Below the pieces are notes generated by a model. That model ran no database searches. It worked only from the letters and a program-made list of their open reading frames with translations, and had not been told where the DNA came from. A stretch of DNA of 64,000 bases from Ylistrum balloti (Eukaryota). Shown here piece after piece: positions 12,814-23,225 of the stretch; the first letter of the stretch is position 1, and every line of letters begins with the position of its first letter. A program made the translations under genes and the position numbers. The stretch covers positions 1,736,001 through 1,800,000 of the forward strand of contig NW_026782064.1 in the NCBI RefSeq assembly GCF_031769215.1. Direction: 5' to 3'.

Positions 12814-15800
12814 TCACGAAGCCCTCATAATTGTTAATATCAAATTGAGAAAAACCCTCCTCCTCCTTCTAATGGTGTGAATTTTTCTTCTCATGGCCTC
12901 TTGGTCACCTGGCCGACGAAATTCATATATGAATTCAAACAAGTTTTGTTGGGGAAGGAAATACACAAGGAGTTATCCGGTGTCATTAACACTCTTGAGA
13001 AATTCGAATATCTTGATTGTCAAGTCCACAGTGGTCTGCCACCGTTCTTCATCTGATATCTGATTCAAATCTTCATCGCATAGTTCTGGTTGTTTTCCAA
13101 TCAAATGAAACAAAGCGTTCTTCAACATGTAACTTGTTATATCCTCATTGGCTTCATAAATAGGATCAGTGGTTTCACTTTCTTCGTCGTTATCTGTATC
13201 ATACGATAGATCGGAAATATTAGATGAACCGTCCGAGGAGGCAACATCGGATAAATCCGATTTCAATAAAGACCCGGAGGTTGTCTGCATTGCGTTAGTT
13301 GCTTCGTCCATTTCCAAGATATTTTCTTCATCAGTGCCAGACGCCTCTTTCAATGATCTCACGAGATCACAGCATTCATCGTATTCACCTGGATCAAAAC
13401 GAACATCTTCACACTGTGTAATTTCCACTGCATCCCTAGCATACAGTTCTTTAAAGAAATCTGAAGTAAACCTCACCTTAGGACATTGACTTCTTATAAT
13501 TTTCGCCAATCTGTAACTCTCTCTTACAAAGTTCGGTAAGGATTCCAGGAACGAAACTTCCATTGGTGCACATGACAGTCGAAGGAGACTATCAAAATAA
13601 TCCCGTGTGTCACTGTCGTAGATAATTTCTGTTCTCGACAAATTCACATCTTCTATTTGAAAGGTGTCTATGGTTTTTGGTGAAATATCTTCTGGGGGTT
13701 GTAACAGCAGGAAGTGTCCTGCTTCAATAGCCATATTCTCTAATGGAATACGACTATTGTCTCTCTTGGAGAAACTAACAAAATTGTTGACTACACGTAT
13801 GGCAGGGACTAAATCGATACTGATTTTGAGACCTTTAAAGAGTCGACCAATCCATAAAATTTGAAAATTCAGGACAGCCATATGGTCAAAGCCATTTTCC
13901 TCATCTTCACTGGCATAAAGGATTTGCGTATCCTGCCATAACTCTTTTTCGAGTAAAATCTTCCAGATTAGTCTGAAAAGTTCAATCCTAACATCATATG
14001 TTTTCAGATATCCATTTCTGTCAAAGAAAGCTTCCATTTTAGAAGGTAGGTGCGCTTCTTCTTTCAGTTTCACTCTCACAAAATTCTCTTGGCTTTGAAC
14101 ATTGTCGTTCATGATGTGACAGTGCTCGAGGATACCAGAGAGACAGCAGACAAAGTCAAATTCATCAGGGTAGCCTGTCTTGGTTCCTTCTCTCATACTT
14201 CCCATAGGTATAATGTCGTTTTTTAATCTAGGATCGCGTTGAGATATTCGTTTTGATAGCCTTTTTATCAGGCTTTGAACAGCATCAATGACTTGGTTAG
14301 TCTCTTGGTTGTCAAACAGCTTTCCTGATCCTGGGTTAAGCAGAAGTTGTTTTGCAAGCACTTTGCCATTATATCGCTGCATCTCCAAAAGTTCAGTGTC
14401 ATTTTCCGCTTTGACGAAGTCTTCATAGTTTATGATCAGTTGATTACCAGGCCAAACATTTCTTTCGGAAAAGTTGTGTCGTTGATATATGACTTCGACT
14501 GATCCTTTCTGTCCTTCTGCTTCTAGGCTGCATGATTCTATGTTGTGTCCCTTTAAAAAGTCATATATTTTTGTATAGCCTAACAACTCAGCCAGTTTGA
14601 CGGGAGTACGGTTTTCTTCGTCTGCAAGCGAAGTATTTCCTCCTACTCTTACGAACGTTTCTACCATATTGATATCATTCATCCACACTGCATAATGGAG
14701 AGCGGTGGACCCATTTTTATCACAAGCATTGACACTGCATCCTCTAAGCAACAACTCCTCTATCGCTTTAAGATTTCTTTGAGCTTGTAAATTCATCATA
14801 GCGTTACGTCCAAATTTGTCTGTAATTGTTACCTCAGCACCGGCATCACAGATTAAAGATATTTGTTTCACTGATCTTGCCCAAAATATTGGCGTTAGGC
14901 CAAATTCATCCTGAAGATTTGTGTTGGCGCCCCCATCTAGTAGGATTCTGCATACACTACGTCGGTTACCGATGATTTCCGTCGCCATTACCCGATGAAG
15001 AGGTGTCCTCCCCAGACTATTGGGTTTGTTAATATTTGCACCAAAACGAACAAATTCTTGAAAGATATTCAAATCAAAATGGCTAGACCCAAATAAAAAC
15101 CTCAGAAAAGGTGTTTCGCTGTCCTCAGCTTCCATATTGACGATATTACTGATAGATCCAGAACTCGATACCTGAAATGACTGGAACTGTTCGTTAAGAA
15201 TTTTGAACAAAAGGGGTCTGTCACTGCCTTGGCGCCTTATGTAAGACAGCAGGAAATTGTTTCCGTTTGCATCTTGCAACTCAAATTCAAAATCTACACT
15301 TTGATTCAAAAGTGCAGATAATATTATTTCCGGTTGAAATTCGTGTTCTGCCGCCATATGTAAAGCCGTCTGCCCTTTTGTGTTGGTGATATTGACATCA
15401 ACACCAGCTTCAATCAGCATATTTATAGCTCTGCTCCAAAATTCACCATCATTTTCGTCTTCATCAAAGGTCATTAAAGCATGTAAACATGTGTTCCCAT
15501 CTTCATCTTGTACGTTTACCAGTGTTCCTGGTAATTGCAAAATTGTTTCCATCTTGTTGAAATCGCCTCCGTAACATACATAGTGCAGTGGTGTCCTTAA
15601 CCATTTATTTAAGCAGTTTAAGTCAGCTCCAGCCCTGAGCAGTATTTCCATGACCTCATGTTCGACTGTGTCCTGCGTGGCGTAGTGAAGAGCGCTTTCC
15701 CCATCGGAGTCCTGTATATTAACAAGTGCATCATGATCAAGCAGCAACTGCACCATATGAAAATCACTGTTTTGTATCGCTATGAGCAGAGGGGAAGGGT

Positions 15801-15906
15801 CATCATCACATTTTCGGTTAGCTGAAGTACCGGACTGTAGAAGAGATTGAACGCCTGTGTGATCCTGGAATTGTATTCTGCAAAGTAATTCGTTCTTCCA
15901 AGGCAT
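12814..15906 (-). CDS. Intronless ankyrin-repeat / cGAS-like receptor (cGLR, Mab-21 nucleotidyltransferase) fusion. 977 aa to the TAA at 12973..12975; the frame continues 52 more codons to TGA 12816..12814
   Basis: About 12 ankyrin repeats (e.g. GESALHYA, GQTALHMAA, GRTPLHRV, GSTALHYAV). These are followed by IIPMGSMREGTKTGYPDEFDFVC and SIDLVPAI (GS motif and E-x-D...D triad) and ITSYMLKNALF. The first ATG is at 15906; the track start at 15936 is TTG. Confidence 0.9.
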
Positions 15907-16235
15907 AGTGAATATGTCACAAGTGCACGTATCCAACCTGTTTGACCTAGTTTAATGTGACAGAAACATAAGATCAGATTGACTTACATTGTTCGCTGCG
16001 AAGTTTCCCCATACGTCAGGTATCTGTGTAAGAAAAATTGTGACAAATCAAATATAAGTAGTAATATCAAAGGCAAGGTTTAGTGACAATGTTCTGAAAT
16101 GTGATATAAAATTAGAGAATTATCAAAAAAATTAGATTCAATCATAATTACTCTCGCTGAAATAAAGTGATATAAACAAGTATCTTATAGCTATCCATTC
16201 TGTCCATATTTATCAAATCATTCCTTTTGATTATT

Positions 16236-16514
16236 NNNNNNNNNNNNNNNNNNNNNNNNNNNNNNNNNNNNNNNNNNNNNNNNNNNNNNNNNNNNNNNNN
16301 NNNNNNNNNNNNNNNNNNNNNNNNNNNNNNNNNNNNNNNNNNNNNNNNNNNNNNNNNNNNNNNNNNNNNNNNNNNNNNNNNNNNNNNNNNNNNNNNNNNN
16401 NNNNNNNNNNNNNNNNNNNNNNNNNNNNNNNNNNNNNNNNNNNNNNNNNNNNNNNNNNNNNNNNNNNNNNNNNNNNNNNNNNNNNNNNNNNNNNNNNNNN
16501 NNNNNNNNNNNNNN
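16236..16514. other. Assembly gap (279 N)
   Basis: Run of N. Confidence 1.
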
Positions 16515-17032
16515 ACATATAAACAAATAGTTCATAGCTTTTACTATTTTGTCATTGATATGATATAAAGTTGAGTTTGCGTTAATAGTTTATCACAAGA
16601 TCAGAAGAGTTATCTACCTTGATTTGGTTTCTAGATTGTGAAATAAGGCTTGTTTTCACTATTCATTCATACAGCGATGTCACTGATTTCATTTTGATCA
16701 AAATGTTGCATCGTTGTTTGAACATTGTACAAATAGAAGATCGTCTTTCAATATGAGTTTACTTTCGTTTCACATTGAATCATCACTGACATGACTAAAA
16801 GACACTATTTTAGATCAATTGCTTTTTATGTTTAAGAACAATTGCTTTTTTAAAAACCATTTCATCAGAGTATATTAAAGCCTTCGTGTTTGCATATGAC
16901 TAAGATTGCAAAAATATAACATTTAACTTACATTTTTTCATCATTTGTAGTCCTAAACACCAGGAAGTTACTCTCTGTAGTTTTCTTGCGCATGTCTAAA
17001 AAATGAAGCGGAACTTAACGGGGTCGATCGTC

Positions 17033-17116
17033 GGTGACCAGTTAGCTCAGTAGGTAAAACATCTGTCTAGAGTTCGGAATGTCCCGTGTTCAAACCCCGT
17101 CTAGCCGCGCATTTTT
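17033..17116 (+). mobile_element. tRNA-derived SINE-like head / tRNA pseudogene
   Basis: A box tagctcagtagg (17043..17054), B box gttcaaacc (17088..17096) and a T5 run just after. The acceptor and anticodon stems do not fold canonically. Confidence 0.55.
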
Positions 17117-20102
17117 CCGCTATTGTTACAAAAACCTACAGGTATACACACCGGCTTGTTATTTTCAGTAGGCTCCCTTTAGCTTTAGAAAACACTAGAA
17201 CGCAGATATGCCAGTGGTGAATAGTCGTATTAATACGTTTGAAATAAACCGTCCTTCATAATATCAAAAGATTACTTGATGAACATTCCATTGTCCAGCT
17301 TTTAAAGCATATTTATATAGTTGAAAGCTTTATTTTTATGATAATTATTTTCTCGTTGTTTTTACGCAAAGTGAAGTTCTTTGGTTCGTCGTGTTTTTTT
17401 TTCTTTCCCGATTTAAAAAAAAAAAAAACAATCTAGCTCCACCCCATTTGGTGTCAAAAGGAAAACGCCACCTTGTGGCGGATGTTTTTGGATTTCCTTT
17501 TTTTCCTTTTTGTCTGTTACGTATACCCGTGGTGTGTGCATCGCTGTCATTCTATCGTGCCCAACAACGGACTTTAAAATCATAAAACATTAAGATATGT
17601 TACCATATACACTAAAAATAACACGAACGAATAATAATTTTATCAGGGCAAACCTGTTATTTTATGTTTTTACACATTTACACGTTAACGTCTGACTGAA
17701 CCATATAAAAACGTTGTTTTCTTATATTTTGTGTCCGACTTACGATTACAGGATGGATCACTGAAAACTTGTTTCATAATAGTTTAACGCTTAACTAAAC
17801 ACGAACACTTGTGTGTGTTTTATACCAACGTTCGTGTGTGTTCACCTAGTAACTATTACGCTCTACACATCTAGGCAGCTTATCAACCCGATAAATGATA
17901 TAATACAAAATACCTGGAATACCTTCCGACAACTTCCATCTGTATTGTCATACATAACAGGTATTTATGTAATCAGAGAATAACCTTGAAAGATATCATA
18001 ATTGATCAACGAATACACAAAAACTTGTTCAAGCTTTGTTTCCGGAGAGAGTGTGAGATATTATGAAACTGAATGATTCTTTATGAAAAATGATATACAC
18101 CTGTGTATGGCTACCTGCCAGGTAACATAACAAGGCAATTGTGATTGAAAATGACTGTATTTTCCGATTGTTCGTTTTAAATGCGAACAATAATTTTTCT
18201 TGTTAACATGAGTCTTAGGGGAAGCAATTTCATAAACCACGGTTTTACAAAAGTGGTGACAAACTAACAAAGGTTTTGTTGTGGTTGTATGTAGTCAGGG
18301 TAAGATTACTCAATGTCAGGTGTTTTGTTACTTTTTGCACGTGCCATATGATTGCTGTCGTACGCATATGCATTACACATTGTAGAAAACAATGCAGGAT
18401 ATCAAGGTAACACTTAGTATCTCATAATTTATATTCCATCGTTCACATGAAGGATAGACTGTTTTTTGTCATAAGACTTATTTATAAAGGTTCCCTTCAG
18501 ATCTCATTTGTGAAGGATATTGGTGACATAGAAATTGATCCCATTAATTACGCGTGCCTTGATATATACCGAGAACATCACACTTCTATCAAACAATAAT
18601 TGCTTAAATGTCTGATATATCATCCCGACTCGACATGCTTGATCAGGTTTCAGAAATGTCAAGACAGCAAGATTATTTATCTGTAACAATTAATTTGATA
18701 CCATCCTCATTTTCTTTTTTCTTTTGTTCCGACACTCAACTACTTTCCTGGTCTTGTTTGGGTCCCTGTCATTACTACAGGTGTAGCTTAAATCAACATT
18801 TGATAAGTCGTGATTGGTAACATAAACACAGACTCTCGGTCTCAACACCTGTATACAAAATGTACCGATACCGGTATCAGTGGTACCTATTACTTTTGAT
18901 ATGATGTAACGTATAAGAAAATGATAGGAAGATTTTCCACACTAACCATGAACTGTTACAGTATTTCGTATCTGTATAATATATTAAATAGCGATTTCTT
19001 CTGAGGGATAATTCTTTATTCACTGTCAACATTAACTTTTTTATCTAAAACAGAGACGTGACAATTTGACAATGTTATAAGCGGCGAATTGCGCGTAAAC
19101 AAAATCAACATACTTTTTTGTGATATATCCGTTATGTTTGACATGCTACTTTCTTTGCCTGTACATAAATATTGCACATGGTTTTGCAAACTTTGTAGTT
19201 ATTATTAATGTAAAGTACATAAATTCATATATGCTTGTAGGTGTTATATCACCTTTTATTGGTCATGACACAGACATGTAGCTATTTAATTCCTTATATG
19301 TGTTGTTTACATCAATACTGAGATAAATTCTTAGACTTAGGCTACGTTCACAATGGTTACTGATGTTTATATTTACTCCCATCCGTGTACGAAGATAAAT
19401 GTCTGCAGGTAAGACGGCTGGAGGAACAAAGACAACTTTAATAAGACGAGAAATTGGAGAAAATAATCTTTGTAATGTATATGGTTTAAAATGTTAAGAA
19501 GATGTATATCTAAGAGATAGGACATCAGATTAGTTCACACAATTCAGCATTTCTCCATTCAACCGTATCAATGATCCTGGTGACGTATTTTATAGCTTAT
19601 TACACAGAAACACATTGTACAATTTTTGTGATGATTTTAATAAAATTATAATAACATAAAAACGTACATGTACATTCTTTGAATGTAAAACCACTCTTAT
19701 AGCCAATCAATCAATAGAAATTACACCACAGAACATGCAACTCATCACCAACTACAAATACGCTTATAATTTTATTACGAAACTATTGATAAAACAAAGT
19801 TTAAACATAGAAATACACTAATGTCTTACAGGCTCAGACAGACAGTCTCTGTAGACAAAGTATGTAGTCGTTAAACCGGGAACAAAAGAGCACACAATAC
19901 GTAGATTTTATTTGTTTTCGCGAGTGATGACTTGATCAACACTATAAATATTTACAGTCGTCTCCATACAGAATACGTCAATGAATTACCTTCACCTGTT
20001 GGTGAATTGCAATTGTTATCACAGACAAGTGTTCTATTGACAACAAAAACACATTCATCAAAACACAATAGCATTTTGGTTTCATGTAGGAGGTGTGAAG
20101 TG

Positions 20103-21057
20103 CTATTTCTTTTTGACCGTTTTTGCTGTATAGCTAGACTCGGACGCTATCCTCTCACGAGTCAATTTCGTATTTGATGACAACTTCGAAGTTAGGTTTT
20201 CAGATTCTGCCCTACGGAAGACATGTTTCTTTGCCTGTCCATCCGTTCGCGTCGACGCTGTTTCCCCTGCTGCCATGTTCGATCTCGAGTTAGTCCGACT
20301 GGAGGTGAAACTGCGTTGTTTCTGTGACAACGCTTTGCGTGGTTTCCTTATAGATGGTACTTCGTCAGCTTCTTCGTTCTCCTCCTCGGGAATTTGCCCT
20401 GATTTTGACTTGAGATGTACAGGTAATCTTAACTGTCCAGATGATGTCTGATCTAAATCCTCGAACTCGATCGACTTCCTTCTGCCCCTTGCTTTTGTTG
20501 TTTTCTTGGCTATTGTTAAAATAAAAGTACAATGAGAAAAAACTTATCTATTCATAGTTATAATTGTCCGTAATTTTGACCAATCAATTCGAAGAAAATG
20601 TTTTCTTGTATAGAGTAACTAATAATTAATCTTGAGAAATAAAGGTTTCTACAAAGTATTTAAACAAAAGACTAGCTAATGAAGTCAACCGTGTTATAAT
20701 GAACATCAAGCTCAACACACATTATTGTTTCTTAAATAAACAGATTTTTAGGGCAGACACTGTTCTTACGTATATCAATATATTATCGTTCTCTTTACTA
20801 ATTTCTCTATTATTAACAGATATTATCACAGCCACGATTATAAAGCATGCTGTCACTGGATTATTATTAACGAACACTTTTACAGAAAAAGTTACGTATC
20901 ACGCAAACCTTTATTTGCTTGTTAAACCAATCTCAAACAAACCTTTGTTAGATTCCACCATCTTCATCATTTCTTTTGCAAAGCCAACATTGTGTTTCTT
21001 CCAGAATTTTATGAGATCTTTAAAATTTTCGTCCTCTTCTTCTTCTACAATGTCCAT
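20103..21057 (-). CDS. Paralogue of the 2110..8071 gene, at least 173 aa; join(21057..20943,20509..20103)
   Basis: Acceptor ttccttgttttag|ATATG (exon from 21059), donor AACAAAG|gtttgt, and acceptor ttttaacaatag|CCAAG, all phase 1 and in frame with track ORF 20103..20330. Reads MDIVEEEEDENFKDL...KARGRRKSIEFEDLDQTSSGQLRLP. An upstream donor CCGTG|gtaag at 21241 may be a UTR exon, because its frame carries TAA TGA. Confidence 0.72.
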
Positions 21058-21443
21058 ATCTAAAACAAGGAAAAGAATGCGTCATTGACGTCATCTATCA
21101 CGTGATATTCCACGATATTTTACATATATGACATAGTATATGAAATCTGATTTCCTTCTCTGATAATTAATAAATGACGTCATAAAATTCGAAATTTCAG
21201 TAAAAAGAAAATCATTTTTTACCAGATTTTTAAAACTTACCACGGGTTTCCGTTTCTATCTCACTAGACACTCATTAAGATATATTGTTCTTATCGATAT
21301 CATCTACAGTGAGATCTATTTTTGGTGCTACAATGTCAATAGTGAACATATATCTTAGAGATCGCGTTTGCCATCACATGATACAGATGGAAAATGTTTT
21401 ATATTTGAACATGCAAAGGAAGTTGTATTACATCCCAATCACA

Positions 21444-22285
21444 AACCGAATACATCAGTGTGTAAACTCACAAGGCCGTGTTAACCAGACCGGATACACC
21501 AATGTGTAAACTCACAAGGCCGTGTTAATCAGACCGAATACACCAATGTGTAAACTCACAAGGCTGAGTTAACCAAACCGGATACTCGAATGTGTAAACA
21601 CACAAGGCTGTGTTAACCAGACAGGATACACTAATGTGTAAACTCACAAGGCCGTGTTAACCAGACCGGATACACCAATGTGTAAATTCATAAGGCCGTG
21701 TTAACCAGACCGCTTACACCAATGTGTAAACTCACAAGGCCGTGTTAATCAGACCGAATACACCAATGTGTAAACTCACAAGGCTGAGTTAACCAGACCG
21801 GATACACGAATGTGTAAACACACAAGGCTATGTTAACCAGACCGGATACACAAATGGATAAACTCACAAGGCTGAGTTAACCAGACCGGTTACACTAATG
21901 TGTAAACACACAAGGCTGTGTTAACCAGACCGGTTACAGCAATGTGTGAACACACAAGGCTGTGTTAACCAGACCGGATACACCAATGTGTAAACTCACA
22001 AGGCTGAGTTAACCAGACCGGTTACACTAATGTGTAAACTCACAAGGCTGAGTTAACCAGACCGGTTACACTAATGTGTAAACACACAAGGCTGTGTTAA
22101 CCAGACCGGTTACACTAATGTGTAAACACACAAGGCTGTGTTAACCAGACCGGTTACAGCAATGTGTGAACACACAAGGCTGTGTTAACCAGACCTGATA
22201 CACCAATGTGTAAACTCACAAAGCTGAGTTAACCAGACCGGTTACACTAATGTGTAAACACACAAGGCTGAGTTAACCAGACCGA
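21444..22285. repeat. 44-bp minisatellite, about 19 copies (aatgtgtaaactcacaaggccgtgttaaccagaccggatacacc)
   Basis: Period of 44 (aatgtg at 21501, 21545, ...). Units are directly adjacent, with no spacers. Confidence 0.95.
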
Positions 22286-23225
22286 ATTGTTAATTTAAAT
22301 TATAACAGATATAACATCGTGTAAATACGCTATACTCCGATATAAAACAGCGTCAGCACACAAACACAAGATACAACATACGTCAAACAATTTATGAATC
22401 ATTCAAAAGGAATGCGGAGAAGAAATAGATGAGATTTTCAGAAGAAAGAAATTCAGGTCTTGAAAACTGTTGTACAAAAGAAATTGAGAATGAGATATGA
22501 TATTGCCAAAAATAATAAAACCGCCGTTTGTGAAGTTATTGAATCAAGGGCTCCAACTCTGACAACAACTTCTTGCTCCGGTGTGAAAATGTTTTAAGCA
22601 GTTATAAGAGAAATTCAGATTACAAATGTGGAGCTGTATTGTATAAAGACAAGGTGGAAGATACTGATCCATTAATTAGGGAGAAGAACAGAAATATTTG
22701 AAATAACAGACGTAAATATTAGGGACGCATTTTATTTACCTATCGTTGATTTTGACTACCATTATGTAACGTCCTCGGAAATAATTCATTGGTCTCAGAT
22801 CCTTTAAACAATGTTTGTACAGGTACAACACATCTGAAGTGTTTTTGTTAAATAAACGTTATCGATCACCAGGAAAATTCAAATTCTATCAAAATGTTAT
22901 TAGTTTTCGTGTTTCCTTTATTGATAATTATACAATTAATCAACAACATTTAAATACTTTAAATGACATACAAGTCTTATCTCCAATCACAGCCGCTCTC
23001 AGGCTGGCAGTATTAATTCACCATATCAGTAGCAATACAAAACACTAAAATGTCCCGAGAGTTTTACAAAACGTCTGTTTTGAAATTTTAATGGATTTCG
23101 TATTTGTATTTCGGATAGGTAAATATTTAAACAAAGTCTCACTCCCACTTCAAAAGTAGAATAAAAGATTTTGTAAATGTCTATAAAATAAATAACTTAC
23201 TCCAATGTCCGAGTCAAGAGGGCGA

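Noticed and set aside
13169-15574. Plus-strand ORFs 13169, 13664 and 15380
   Set aside because: Antisense shadows of the cGLR CDS. The same applies to ORFs opposite the NHL, hydrolase and Syt1 exons.
15907-15936. N-terminal extension MDTCTCDIFT of the cGLR ORF
   Set aside because: It starts at TTG; the first ATG in frame is at 15906.
16218-16568. Three track ORFs made of X residues
   Set aside because: Artefacts of the N gap.
17033-17108. Functional tRNA gene
   Set aside because: The acceptor and anticodon arms do not form canonical stems.
21444-22285. Regular repeats superficially like a CRISPR array (also 59265..59592)
   Set aside because: Units are contiguous with no unique spacers, there are no cas genes, and the context is eukaryotic.
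22390-22830. Purine-rich, coding-like stretch on the + strand
   Set aside because: Multiple stops in all frames and no identifiable family; it may be a decayed gene or TE fragment.
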